From contig CAWDHY010000001.1 in the NCBI GenBank assembly GCA_963802255.1, forward strand, positions 555,842 through 619,841: DNA of 64,000 bases, written 5' to 3'. Numbering within the stretch: position 1 is the stretch's first letter; every line of letters starts with the position of its first letter. A program made the translations under genes and the position numbers. Below, piece by piece: positions 1 through 9,578 of this stretch. The notes beneath the pieces were generated by a model that worked only from the letters and a program-made list of their open reading frames with translations, ran no database searches and was not told the origin of the DNA. Origin of the DNA: Candidatus Magasanikiibacteriota bacterium (GTDB lineage: Bacteria > Patescibacteriota > Patescibacteriia > Magasanikbacterales > GWA2-37-8).

Positions 1-682
1 TAAAGTCGATACAGGAAATAACCGGCGTGTATACAACTTTCATTCCAATTTTTTTGCATTCACGGCAAATATCAACATCTTCAAACCAGATAAAATATCT
101 CGGATCAAACGCCCAACCAAGTTTATCGTACAGGGTACGTCGCATCAGCATAAATGAACCTCGCACGGTATCAACCTCTTGCTCAACATCATCGTTAAAA
201 TTTTTATACAAATATCCGCTTAGAACATTCGGAAATATGTGATGAATTTTTAGAAGTATTGCTATTTGATCAAAAAGGCCGGGGAAACGTCTTGGTTTTG
301 CTTTTTCATTAAATTTTCCATTTTCATCTACAAGCTTGCAACTGGCGATTCCGACATCATGATGCTCACGCATCCACATAACGATTTTATCCAAACTCCC
401 CTCTTGCAGTCGCATATCCGGATTTAAAAAAAGCAAAAATTCACCTGACGACATCTCCGCTGCCTGATTATTGGCGTGGCCAAAACCGGCATTGTCTGAA
501 TTTTTTATTATTTTTACACTCGGAAAATCTTTAATGACCAAATCTATCGCGCCGTCTTCTGATCCGTTATCAACAACCCACTGTTCAATATCAATATTTT
601 TCACGGCGGACTCCGTGGATTTTAGCTGGTCGGCAATTCTTTCTTTATCGTTATGCGTTACGGTAATAATTGATAGATCCAT
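1..682 (-). CDS. Family 2 (GT2) glycosyltransferase, C-terminus runs off the window edge
   Basis: The reverse-strand ORF starts at ATG (complement of 680-682) and has no stop inside the window. Translation begins MDLSIITVTHNDKERIA...VVDNGSEDG...FLNPDM, with the GT2 D-x-D / 'DNGS' motifs. It is absent from the ORF track because it is truncated. Confidence 0.7.
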   Translation of the reverse strand, partial: MDLSIITVTHNDKERIADQLKSTESAVKNIDIEQWVVDNGSEDGAIDLVIKDFPSVKIIKNSDNAGFGHANNQAAEMSSGEFLLFLNPDMRLQEGSLDKIVMWMREHHDVGIASCKLVDENGKFNEKAKPRRFPGLFDQIAILLKIHHIFPNVLSGYLYKNFNDDVEQEVDTVRGSFMLMRRTLYDKLGWAFDPRYFIWFEDVDICRECKKIGMKVVYTPVISCIDF

Positions 683-794
683 AATTTTCCGCACTTATAT
701 ATAACCAAAAAATAAAGCCATTACGTAGCTATTTTTTGCTTAATTAAAGCTAAACTATGATAACATAATGGCTTGAATTGTCAAAGTTGCCTAA

Positions 795-820
795 ATTAAA
801 AAATCCCCATTTTTTGGGGC
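795..820 (-). terminator. Intrinsic terminator downstream of ftsW
   Basis: Minus-strand hairpin GCCCC-AAAAAA-TGGGG followed by a T-tract (plus 805-819 is ccccattttttgggg). Confidence 0.5.
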
Positions 821-840
821 TTTTATTTAAAAAAAACTTT

Positions 841-1950
841 TTACCTCGACCCTCTGCTGATGCTGGCAACAATTCCAACTGCAGCGAGACATGCCATAAG
901 AGACGACCCTCCATGACTCACAAAAGGCAAAGTAACGCCGGTTAATGGCAACAAGCCGACCATCGCGCCGATATTTATGAATGATTGCCAAAAAAACCAA
1001 ATCATAATCCCGGAAACAAGCAAAAAACCGTATTCATCGGTCGCTTCTTTCGCGATTTTGAATCCCCTCCATGCAATAAGCAAAATTAACACTACAACGC
1101 CGGACGAAAAAATAAAACCAAGTTCTTCAGCAATAACAGCGTAAATAGAATCAGCCTGAACTTCCGGTAAATAAGCGTGCTTTTGACGCGAATGGCCAAA
1201 ACCTAGCCCCCAAAAACCTCCTGAACCGACCGCTAAATACGCTTGATTAACATGGTAACCAACACCTTGCGGGTCGAGCTCCGGATGTAAAAAGATCGTC
1301 AGACGATTCATGCGATAAGGCGCTACAAGCGCAATCATAGCAAAACCAACAATCCCGACTAAGCCGATAATAACAAGATAAACTTTTGGCGTCTTGGCTA
1401 AAAATAACATGCCATATGTAACACCGCATATAACTGCAAGTGTTCCGATATCCGGTTGCAGTAATATGAGAATCATTACCGGCGCAATAACACCAATAAC
1501 CGGCAACAAACCGTGTTTAAAATCCCTGAGGTCACGATGCGGATCACTCAACATCTGGGCGAGAAGCATAATTATACCCAATTTAACAAACTCAGCCGGT
1601 TGAAAATGAAAAATACCGACATCAATCCAGCTTTTGGCAAATTTGTTAAAATCCGCCCCGACACCCGGAATAAAGACAATTATTAATGCCACCAGACAAG
1701 CAAAATATGCTACCCAGCTTATTCGCTGCCAAAATTTTGCTTTGAAACGTATAAAAATAAAAAACAAAAACAGGCCCGGCAACAAACCGAACAAAACCTG
1801 TCTTTTTACAAAATAATAAATATCGTCAAATCGGCTATAGCCATATGGGGCGCTCGCCGAAACTAAAACAGCCAGGCCAAACAAAACTAACAAGGCCACA
1901 TAAATTAAAAAAAGTCGATCAGTCTTTTTTTCTGTCGGTCTTTCCATCAT
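841..1950 (-). CDS. ftsW: SEDS-family peptidoglycan glycosyltransferase (FtsW/RodA)
   Basis: 369 aa, polytopic. It has the conserved FtsW/RodA block ...GGFWGLGFGHSRQKHAYLPEVQADSIYAVIAEELGF... and sits at the end of the dcw cluster. Confidence 0.85.
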   Translation of the reverse strand: MMERPTEKKTDRLFLIYVALLVLFGLAVLVSASAPYGYSRFDDIYYFVKRQVLFGLLPGLFLFFIFIRFKAKFWQRISWVAYFACLVALIIVFIPGVGADFNKFAKSWIDVGIFHFQPAEFVKLGIIMLLAQMLSDPHRDLRDFKHGLLPVIGVIAPVMILILLQPDIGTLAVICGVTYGMLFLAKTPKVYLVIIGLVGIVGFAMIALVAPYRMNRLTIFLHPELDPQGVGYHVNQAYLAVGSGGFWGLGFGHSRQKHAYLPEVQADSIYAVIAEELGFIFSSGVVVLILLIAWRGFKIAKEATDEYGFLLVSGIMIWFFWQSFINIGAMVGLLPLTGVTLPFVSHGGSSLMACLAAVGIVASISRGSR

Positions 1951-1956
1951 AATGTT

Positions 1957-2310
1957 CTACAAATTAATTTCGACCAGCAGGTACACGGCTAAAACCAAAA
2001 AAATTTGAAATAATGCCGCGCAAATTGATAAAATTCGCGATATAATTTTGTCAGAATTATAGCTATAAAATGAGAGTAAAAAATTTACAAGTATTAAAAC
2101 TAGGCCACCAAGCGGTAAAAATAACGCTTTCCACCAAGCACCAACCAAATCAATCCCGAAAATATTGTTATAGTGTAAAAAGGCCTGTTCGCCTGTGACA
2201 CTAAGCTTGAACACTATATAAAACCACATAAATAATTGCCCGGCCGCGGAAAAAATTATCGGCACGATAATCCAGGGGTCCTTGAAAAATACTTTTAATA
2301 AATAAAACAT
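1957..2310 (-). CDS. Hypothetical small membrane protein
   Basis: 117 aa with 3-4 predicted TM helices. Tightly packed between the ClpC-like gene and ftsW. Confidence 0.4.
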   Translation of the reverse strand: MFYLLKVFFKDPWIIVPIIFSAAGQLFMWFYIVFKLSVTGEQAFLHYNNIFGIDLVGAWWKALFLPLGGLVLILVNFLLSFYSYNSDKIISRILSICAALFQIFLVLAVYLLVEINL

Positions 2311-2313
2311 AAA

Positions 2314-5088
2314 TTAGATTACAGTGAGCGATCCTCCTTCGCCGAGCAAAATTTTACCGCGCCTTGAAACTTTGCCGGATAATATAAGTTCCGCCAGTTT
2401 ATTTTCTACGCGCTCTTGAAGCGCCCTGCGCATTGGTCTGGCGCCAAATTCGGGATCAAACCCAACCGAAGCGAGAAAATCGAGAGCAGTATCTTCGACC
2501 ACAAGTTCAATTCCTTTGGCCTCAAGATCCTTCGCGACTCGTGTAAGCATTATGCCTGCAATCTTTTTAATATCTTCCATATCAAGCGGTTTAAACAAAA
2601 CTATGCCGTCAAAACGATTTAAAAATTCCGGACGAAAATACTGTTTTAATTCTCCATGTAATAAGTGCTCTTTAATTGAGTCTGAAGAAGCGCCTTCTCT
2701 CATCTGTTCCTGTACATATGAGGTTCCCGCGTTTGACGTGGCAATAATAATAACATTTGTAAAATCTATAACTCTGCCTGTGCTGTCCGTTAACCGGCCG
2801 TCGTCCATCACTTGTAGAAATAAATTCAAAATATCAGGGTCGGCTTTTTCAATTTCATCAAGTAAAAGAAGCGTAAAAGGATGTCGCCGGATAGCTTCAG
2901 TAAGTATTCCCGTCCCCTTTTCACCCGGCGCTCCGATTAACCGATATATTCCGGATTTATCCTGATATTCACTCATATCAATTCGCGTCATCCTTTCTTC
3001 ACCGCCAAAATACACTTGTGAGATAGTTTTAGCCAATTCTGTTTTACCCACACCAGTAGGACCAAGAAATAAAAAGTTGGCTATCGGTCTTTGTTTTGAC
3101 CTAATTTCAACTCTGGCTCGGCGCAACGCGTTCGCCACCAAATCAACAGCTTCATCTTGTCCAATAACACGCTTATGCATTTCTTCCTCCAATTTTAGAA
3201 GCTTGCCGGTCTCATCTGTGGTTACGGAAGTAACCGGAATGCCGGTCTTGTCCGCAATAATAAATGCAATTTCTTCAGATGTTACCAGGGTATCGGCCCC
3301 TTTTTTTGAACGCGCATATCCCGCGGCTTCGCTCGCAATTTCAAGCGCACTGCCCGGTAAATATGTTTCATGCAGATACCGCGCCGACAACTGAACGGTT
3401 TTTTCAACGGCGCTATAGGCGAAAAAGACTTGATTTTTATACTCTAACGCTCCAATTTTTGATTCGACAACCTGTATTGCCTGATTTTCGTCCATCTCCT
3501 TAATATCAATTTTTGTAAATACGTTAGATAGCGATGTATCGGATACATGACGCGCATATTCTTCATCAGTTGTTGTTGCTATCGTCAGAAAATTTCCACC
3601 TTTTAAATATTCGGCTAATGTATCCGCCACATCAAGACTACTTCCCTCACCCGCCGATACACCCACTAGTTCATGAATATTGTGAATAAATAATATTACG
3701 TTTCTTGCCTTCGCTATCTCATTCATTATACCCACTAATCTTTCTATCGCTCCGGCAGGTGTTGTTCCGGCTAATAAAGACGGTACACTAAGTTTAACAA
3801 GGCGCTTATCTTGTAAACGAACCGGTACGTCATCTTCAACCATTCTTTGCGCCAAACCTTCCACAATAGTTCTTTTACCTACGCCGTGAGGCCCAACCAA
3901 AATAACACTCATTGAACCGCCGTCAACGACCCGAAAAATCTCTTCATTTTCTTTCTCTCTTGCGGCGCAATAATCATAGTGACCGAGCTGGGCATACAGC
4001 GTCATGTCTTCGCTTAAAGAATTTAAAAAAGGAGTCGATAAAGCTGTCATCGCTTTATCCATTCCTGTCTTTGACCGATGGCTAGCCGCGCGGGATAATT
4101 TTAAATATTGCCGGTACAAACGCTCCCTTATGCGAGCCCATTCAACAACATTCAGCAGTTGATTTTTCTCAACATTCAAATCATACATCAACTCCTGCAA
4201 AAATGGCGACTGTTTGATTGTAGCAACTAACAATTCGGTAACACTGACGTATTCCTGATGTGCTTCGTAAGCCTCTTCATACGCCCGAAACAAAATTTGT
4301 TGAATATCAGGCGACAGAAGCGGCATTGACGCTGAACTTTGCGTTTTAGCCGGTAAACCATAGGAAGATGAGATGTCATCTTGCAACGCTTTTGCCGGAA
4401 TTCCAAGCCTGATAAATACATTGGAAATGCGATTAAATGAAAGCAATGCGTAAAAAAGATGCTCCGGGGTAACAGTAGGATAATTATTCTTATCGGCAAA
4501 TCTGTATGCTTCGGCTAGAACCGACATTGCTTCATCAGTGAAAGCGCCATTTACTTTATGCCACTTATTTTTTGGAATAGACATGGCCTGAGTCCAATCG
4601 GAAACTATCTGTTGCTCGTGATCTTCACCCAAATCTTTAGCTTTATAATCATATTTTTCGACTAAACCACTTTTTTTTCTTTCCACAATCACGCGGTACC
4701 ATAAAGCACACAAGAAAATCAGACCCAGCCAAAATAAAAATTTATACTGTCCGTCAAGCGCAAAAAAAACTTCCGGCCACATATCCGGTGATGAAACAAA
4801 ATTCTTCACCAATCCGCTTTTATAAATTAAAAATAAAAACCATACCCATGAATTAAGCCATAATACAATCAGTGTGATGCGGCGGATTTTATTCCAAATT
4901 CTTCTGCCGTTTAAAAGCGCAAGATTGTATCTTGTGAGCGGATAATCCCAGAACAACCACCGGTTTCTTTTCCATACGCCAAGAGACGACGTCTTGCAGA
5001 CAGAGCATTTCCGTAAACCAACCAGACCGGTTCCTTTGCACGACGGACAAGATAAGACATTAAGCTGTGGTAACTCTTCAAACATCAT
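2314..5088 (-). CDS. ClpC/ClpB-like double-AAA+ ATPase with N-terminal zinc ribbon and two TM helices
   Basis: 924 aa. N-terminus has CPSC...CSVC (C4 zinc ribbon) followed by two hydrophobic helices. Clp_N-like repeats follow (TPEHLFYALLS). AAA-1 Walker A is GPHGVGKR; AAA-2 Walker A is GPTGVGKT, with the sensor/arginine region ...GARPMRRALQ. Confidence 0.8.
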   Translation of the reverse strand: MMFEELPQLNVLSCPSCKGTGLVGLRKCSVCKTSSLGVWKRNRWLFWDYPLTRYNLALLNGRRIWNKIRRITLIVLWLNSWVWFLFLIYKSGLVKNFVSSPDMWPEVFFALDGQYKFLFWLGLIFLCALWYRVIVERKKSGLVEKYDYKAKDLGEDHEQQIVSDWTQAMSIPKNKWHKVNGAFTDEAMSVLAEAYRFADKNNYPTVTPEHLFYALLSFNRISNVFIRLGIPAKALQDDISSSYGLPAKTQSSASMPLLSPDIQQILFRAYEEAYEAHQEYVSVTELLVATIKQSPFLQELMYDLNVEKNQLLNVVEWARIRERLYRQYLKLSRAASHRSKTGMDKAMTALSTPFLNSLSEDMTLYAQLGHYDYCAAREKENEEIFRVVDGGSMSVILVGPHGVGKRTIVEGLAQRMVEDDVPVRLQDKRLVKLSVPSLLAGTTPAGAIERLVGIMNEIAKARNVILFIHNIHELVGVSAGEGSSLDVADTLAEYLKGGNFLTIATTTDEEYARHVSDTSLSNVFTKIDIKEMDENQAIQVVESKIGALEYKNQVFFAYSAVEKTVQLSARYLHETYLPGSALEIASEAAGYARSKKGADTLVTSEEIAFIIADKTGIPVTSVTTDETGKLLKLEEEMHKRVIGQDEAVDLVANALRRARVEIRSKQRPIANFLFLGPTGVGKTELAKTISQVYFGGEERMTRIDMSEYQDKSGIYRLIGAPGEKGTGILTEAIRRHPFTLLLLDEIEKADPDILNLFLQVMDDGRLTDSTGRVIDFTNVIIIATSNAGTSYVQEQMREGASSDSIKEHLLHGELKQYFRPEFLNRFDGIVLFKPLDMEDIKKIAGIMLTRVAKDLEAKGIELVVEDTALDFLASVGFDPEFGARPMRRALQERVENKLAELILSGKVSRRGKILLGEGGSLTVI

Positions 5089-5092
5089 AATT

Positions 5093-5503
5093 CTATGAAA
5101 AACGCGATAATGAATTGATCAGGCCCCAAACAATGACTACCGGTAAAACAAGCCAAAACAACAATAATATTATGCAAAAAATAAGCCACACAAATAAGGC
5201 GAATCCGCGGCCGATTACCTGAAAAAAACGCATTAAAAAACTTATGATTCTTCCCTGTATATCATACTGACCAAACATCGGTACAAATAAATTTTTTAAC
5301 CACAGACCGGGAGATAAATTTCTATTTCCAATCTGGAATAATTCAGCACACCAAATAAGAGCATGCTTTAAGCCACCCGTATACCACCATAGAGGAAAAT
5401 ACAGCGCGTCCAAAAATGTTTCAACAAACAAGCGCTGTATAATTAGATATAACATAAGATATTCTTCACTATGAATTATAGCACAAATAAAATAGCCGTC
5501 CAA
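5093..5503 (-). CDS. Hypothetical membrane protein
   Basis: 136 aa, hydrophobic. It lies in the dcw cluster between ftsL and the Clp-like ATPase. Confidence 0.4.
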   Translation of the reverse strand: MDGYFICAIIHSEEYLMLYLIIQRLFVETFLDALYFPLWWYTGGLKHALIWCAELFQIGNRNLSPGLWLKNLFVPMFGQYDIQGRIISFLMRFFQVIGRGFALFVWLIFCIILLLFWLVLPVVIVWGLINSLSRFS

Positions 5504-5541
5504 GGCGTATATGGCTGATTGAACGGCTGTTGAAAATGTAT

Positions 5542-5913
5542 TTATCTTTTGGCGACCGCTATATCAACCGGTTTAATGTATTTAATAAATGAAACAGAAG
5601 TCATCCCTGATGACTGCACTCTTTTTTCTAAATTCGGAAGAGCATTAAAACTCGCAACTTCCACATTTATTTTTTGGATTTCTGATTTTAAATCAGACAC
5701 TTTTTTCTGCAAGTCGCGCATTTCATAACCGCTTCCGGAGGCGACGCTCACCTGGCAAATAAAGGCGACCAGCAAAGAAGCAAAAATTCCAACATAGGCA
5801 AACCGTGCTTTTGGACCGCCAATCCATGCCGGCACAGACAAGCAACGATAATAACCGATCAGCCAGCGTTTATAATGTTCAACCTGATATTTAATTTTTC
5901 TTTTTAATATCAT
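5542..5913 (-). CDS. ftsL: Cell division protein FtsL-like (septum formation initiator)
   Basis: 123 aa with a single TM segment followed by a coiled coil (LQKKVSDLKSEIQKINVEV). It sits directly after rsmH with a 4-nt overlap, the canonical mraZ-rsmH-ftsL order. Confidence 0.5.
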   Translation of the reverse strand: MILKRKIKYQVEHYKRWLIGYYRCLSVPAWIGGPKARFAYVGIFASLLVAFICQVSVASGSGYEMRDLQKKVSDLKSEIQKINVEVASFNALPNLEKRVQSSGMTSVSFIKYIKPVDIAVAKR

Positions 5914-6818
5914 ATCTTAATTACTGCTCGCAATTTAGCGCTTCTGGAACGCCTGTTGCCCTTCAGCTCATTTGCTTGCGGGCAAATTGGTTTTTTATTA
6001 ATTAATTCAATTTGCTTGCCGGCAATACCGGCGAAAAATTGCTTAACAATTCTATCCTCGAGTGAATGAAATGTTATTACTGCCAATTTTCCGCCAGGCG
6101 AGAGCAGGTCAATCGCTTGAGGCAATGCTTGTTTTAATGACTCAAGTTCATGATTTACCGCTATGCGCAATGCTTGAAATACTTTTGTTGCCGGGTGTGA
6201 ACCGCCTATCCAAGGAATTTCCTTGTCACTTTGCAGTTTGCTCTTGTATACCGACAGGACTATATCAACGAGCTGTTTAGTTGATAAAATCAACTCAACC
6301 TTTCTCAATGTTACAATTTCTTTTGCAATTTCTTCTGCAAATTTTTCTTCCCCAAATTGCTTAAAAATCTTTTTCAATTCCGGCTCACTATAATTATTTA
6401 AAATATCTGACGCTTTTTCTCTCGTGGCTTCATAGGGGTCGAACCTCATATCTAATAACTCGTCTTTATCAAATGAAAATCCCCTCCCCCTTTCCTCAAA
6501 TTGCGGAGATGACCACCCAAGATCCATGATAATTACATCCGCATTTTTGAACCCGTTCGCTTCTGCAATATTTTTTAAATCCTTAAAATTTGCTTTAGCA
6601 AAGGTAACTTGTTCTCCAAATTTGTATAAGTACCTTTTTGCCCTAAGCAGAGATTCCGGGTCAGTATCAATGCCGAATAATTTACCTTTTTCTCCGACAG
6701 CTTCGAGAAAGGCTTCAGCATGACCACCATCGCCCAAGGTGCAATCTATTACCACATCTCCCTGTTCTGGTTTTATCAATTGAATTATTTCATTTAAAAG
6801 TACTGGTTCGTGTCTCAT
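5910..6818 (-). CDS. rsmH: 16S rRNA (cytosine1402-N4)-methyltransferase RsmH (MraW)
   Basis: Has HxPVLL...DCTLGDGGHAE...SFDK...and the C-terminal RsmH domain. The ORF-track start (6905) would add a 29-aa Lys-rich extension that overlaps mraZ. The internal start MRHEPVLL at 6818 abuts the mraZ stop and is more plausible. Confidence 0.85.
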   Translation of the reverse strand: MRHEPVLLNEIIQLIKPEQGDVVIDCTLGDGGHAEAFLEAVGEKGKLFGIDTDPESLLRAKRYLYKFGEQVTFAKANFKDLKNIAEANGFKNADVIIMDLGWSSPQFEERGRGFSFDKDELLDMRFDPYEATREKASDILNNYSEPELKKIFKQFGEEKFAEEIAKEIVTLRKVELILSTKQLVDIVLSVYKSKLQSDKEIPWIGGSHPATKVFQALRIAVNHELESLKQALPQAIDLLSPGGKLAVITFHSLEDRIVKQFFAGIAGKQIELINKKPICPQANELKGNRRSRSAKLRAVIKI

Positions 6819-6819
6819 A

Positions 6820-7281
6820 TTAAATTCCCAGTTCCGCCATCCTTTCGGCGATTTCCCCGCTTTCAGTTTCCGTTTGTGTTTTATATGTTTTCCACTCTGA
6901 TTCATCCCAAATTTCTAAACGGCTATACAACCCGGCAACGACTACTGCTTTTTTTAAACCGGCAAACGAACGGAGATACTCCGGAAGAACCAACCGGCCC
7001 TGTTTGTCTATGTCCATATCCATCGCTCCGGCAAGCATTAATCGGGCAAAAGCCCGGCTGTCTGCTTGGCTGATTGGCAAAGCAGCCAATTTTTCCGCCA
7101 ACTTTTCCCATTCATTTTTTGTATAAAGAAAAAGGCAGTTGTCCAAACCTCTGGTGACTACCGCTCCCCCTTTAAGTTCTGCGCGAAACTTTGCCGGAAT
7201 TGCCAGCCGCCCCTTATCATCTAGATTGTGGGAGTATTCGCCAATAAACATAAAAACTGGATATTTACCACTTTTCACCAC
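6820..7281 (-). CDS. mraZ: Transcriptional regulator MraZ
   Basis: Duplicated MraZ/SpoVT-AbrB-like halves: DDKGRLAIPAKFR and DKQGRLVLPEYLR. It is the first gene of the dcw cluster. The start may be GTG at 7281 or ATG at 7251 (MFIGEY). Confidence 0.85.
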   Translation of the reverse strand: MVKSGKYPVFMFIGEYSHNLDDKGRLAIPAKFRAELKGGAVVTRGLDNCLFLYTKNEWEKLAEKLAALPISQADSRAFARLMLAGAMDMDIDKQGRLVLPEYLRSFAGLKKAVVVAGLYSRLEIWDESEWKTYKTQTETESGEIAERMAELGI

Positions 7282-7349
7282 TACTAACCATTTTATACCA
7301 CTTTAATACATGCGTCAACACAAAACACCATAATATTTTTGGCTAATAT

Positions 7350-7379
7350 AAAACAAAAAATCCCGCTTTAAACGGGATT
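7350..7379 (-). terminator. Intrinsic terminator after the beta-CASP RNase gene
   Basis: Hairpin AATCCCG-cTTTAAAc-CGGGATT (7359-7379). A T-tract follows on the minus strand (plus 7351-7358 is the A-run). Confidence 0.6.
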
Positions 7380-7400
7380 GTGGATAACTTTTTTTATTTC

Positions 7401-8765
7401 TTAAAACTGAACCGGAGTATCAGGTGTGGCAACTTCAGTTGGAATTTTTAACTCATTCTCAATTCTTCCGGCAAGGACTTCACTTTGGGTAATGTCACCA
7501 TGATTCAATATTACTTTCTTCGGCATCGCCCCGTCATTTTTTATCCAGCTAAATAGTCTGGCCCGGTCCGCATGAGCAGATAAAACATCAGCAAACTCAA
7601 TTTTACATTTCACCCGGACATTTTCACCCAAAAAATTTACCTGCGGCGCGCCATCTAATATTTTTCTGCCTAAAGTATGGGGCGCCTGAAAGCCTGTAAA
7701 AAACAAAGTATTTTTCTCGTCAGACAAATAGCGTAAAGCGTGATGCTGAATTCTGCCTCCGTTCATCATTCCGGCGCCGGCAATTATCACTTTTCTTCCA
7801 CGGAGACTGTTAATTTTTCTGGAATCGTCCCTTGAATAACAAACCTTCAATCCGTGGAAGTGAAACAGATCATCTCCGGAAAATAAATGTTTTTTTGCTT
7901 CATCATCAAAATATTTTGTATAACGGCTAAAAACATCAGTTGCGTCTATAGCCATCGGAGAATCAAGAAAAATAGGAATATCTTGAGGGAATGATTTTTC
8001 AAGGTCAATCAATTCATTTAGGTCATAAAGGATTTCTTGCGTTCGCTCCACCGAAAAAGCCGGAACCATCAAAACCCCTCCCCTATCCATAGCTTTTTTA
8101 ACAACGCTCTTAATAACATTCTGTCTGTCCAATTTTGTATTGTGCAGCCGGTCTCCGTAGGTTGATTCACAAACCAACAGGTCAACTCCATCGGGGAGTT
8201 TGTCTGTATCACGCAAAATCGGCACTTTCACATTGCCCAAATCTCCGGAGAAAACGATTTTTTTCCCTGAACAATTTATTTCTACAAATGCTGAGCCAAA
8301 TATATGCCCGGCTTCATAAAATTTAATCGATACTTTTTCAGCGGACGATAAGGTAAACTCTTCATAATATTCAATGTTCTTACACTGCCCTACAGTTGCT
8401 GTAACATCGTCTAAGCTGTATAAAATTCGCGTGCCATATTTCTTATTGTTGTATGTCATTATATCAAACGCATCTTCTAGCACTATTTTAATTAGGTCGA
8501 TGGTCGGTGGTGTAGCAAAAATAAATCCTTTATAACCGGCTTTTATAAGCAAGGGCAAGCGGCCAATGTGATCAAGATGGGCATGCGTCACCACGACTGC
8601 ATTCAAGGAACCAGCTTCAAATACGAATGGATCTGCGTTTCTATCTTCGACAAAATCACCGCCCTGGAAGGCGCCACAATCAACCAATATCCTGATATTG
8701 TTATGTTCAAAAAGCGAACAGGACCCTGTTACCTCGCCAGCCGCCCCGAAAAATGAAATATTCAT
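7401..8765 (-). CDS. Metallo-beta-lactamase-fold beta-CASP ribonuclease (RNase J/CPSF-like)
   Basis: 454 aa. Has the HxHxDH motif (VVTHAHLDHIGRLP) and downstream beta-CASP-like conserved D/H residues. The size fits the CPSF73-like bacterial beta-CASP family. Confidence 0.7.
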   Translation of the reverse strand: MNISFFGAAGEVTGSCSLFEHNNIRILVDCGAFQGGDFVEDRNADPFVFEAGSLNAVVVTHAHLDHIGRLPLLIKAGYKGFIFATPPTIDLIKIVLEDAFDIMTYNNKKYGTRILYSLDDVTATVGQCKNIEYYEEFTLSSAEKVSIKFYEAGHIFGSAFVEINCSGKKIVFSGDLGNVKVPILRDTDKLPDGVDLLVCESTYGDRLHNTKLDRQNVIKSVVKKAMDRGGVLMVPAFSVERTQEILYDLNELIDLEKSFPQDIPIFLDSPMAIDATDVFSRYTKYFDDEAKKHLFSGDDLFHFHGLKVCYSRDDSRKINSLRGRKVIIAGAGMMNGGRIQHHALRYLSDEKNTLFFTGFQAPHTLGRKILDGAPQVNFLGENVRVKCKIEFADVLSAHADRARLFSWIKNDGAMPKKVILNHGDITQSEVLAGRIENELKIPTEVATPDTPVQF

Positions 8766-8850
8766 AAAAAAATAAGCAAATTATTTGATAATTATACCAC
8801 AATTTATACCCTACACAAATAGATAAAGTTCTGCTATACTTAGAGCGAAT

Positions 8851-9567
8851 ATGATAACAAATCCAGACGATAGAATAAAAGGCGTAGAAATAATTGAACC
8901 GCCAATCCAGGAGCTAAAAAAACGCGGATCATGGCTAACAACCGCTTGTATGAGCGGCTGCAGTTTTATCTTAATTTTTATCATTGGAGTTGTAATCGGG
9001 GTTAAAATGTTTATTGGCGCCGGGCCTAAGGAAATTAAAAATTTGCCGGAAAATTTTCCGGCAAACATTCCTGTCTATGACCAATATAATATTGATAAGA
9101 TAACCCTCATTTCAGGACGATATAAAAGCCGGAGCATGGAGGTGTCAGCTCTTTTTCCAAAATTAATTTTGTCACCTCTTATATTAAGAAACGAACAACA
9201 AGCGGGCGAGGAAAATATAGGAATCATCCGTCAACTTTGGCTCGCCTTCACCGAGCCGGTCGGCGATAACAGAGATACCGTTCAGATTGAATGGCGGAAC
9301 ATATCAAGTGATGCGACTACTATGATTGCTTATTATAAAAATAAACTTGACGATGCGCTCTGCACGGTAGAGTCAGAAACTGCCGGTATAAATTATAATC
9401 AAATCACATTTAACTGCGAAAATGAATTAAGCGGAACTATATACGTTCAAATGGGTGAAACAAAAAAAATGATATCTTATGCTTATTTAATAATTAATTT
9501 ATCTCCAAATAATTCTGAAACTCCGGCAGACACTTCATCGAGCACAATACAATCAGCTGAAGATTAA
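8851..9567 (+). CDS. Hypothetical membrane-anchored protein
   Basis: 238 aa with an N-terminal TM helix (ILIFIIGVVIGVKMFIG) and no recognisable motif. Preferred over the overlapping 85-aa minus-strand ORF at 8811-9068. Confidence 0.45.
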   Translation: MITNPDDRIKGVEIIEPPIQELKKRGSWLTTACMSGCSFILIFIIGVVIGVKMFIGAGPKEIKNLPENFPANIPVYDQYNIDKITLISGRYKSRSMEVSALFPKLILSPLILRNEQQAGEENIGIIRQLWLAFTEPVGDNRDTVQIEWRNISSDATTMIAYYKNKLDDALCTVESETAGINYNQITFNCENELSGTIYVQMGETKKMISYAYLIINLSPNNSETPADTSSSTIQSAED

Positions 9568-9578
9568 TTATTCGTAAC

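Noticed and set aside
1247-1816. Short ORFs (60-69 aa) on both strands inside or antisense to ftsW
   Set aside because: They are fully nested in a strongly supported SEDS gene. The products are low-complexity and they have no SD sequence.
2416-4499. Several plus- and minus-strand ORFs (68-149 aa) overlapping the Clp-like ATPase gene
   Set aside because: They are antisense or out of frame within a conserved double-AAA+ gene. Their Ser/Cys/Arg-rich composition is typical of non-coding frames.
6818-6905. Long N-terminal extensions in the ORF track for rsmH (29 aa), recJ (28 aa, TTG), dnaK (13 aa), the S8 protease and the lipoprotein at 42663
   Set aside because: The extensions overlap upstream genes or lack family conservation. 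Internal Met starts restore canonical N-termini (Hx[14 protein letters not shown], lipobox signal peptides).
8811-9068. 85-aa minus-strand ORF overlapping the start of the 238-aa plus-strand gene
   Set aside because: The plus-strand ORF is longer and has a plausible TM anchor. The two cannot both be coding, so the minus ORF is likely spurious.
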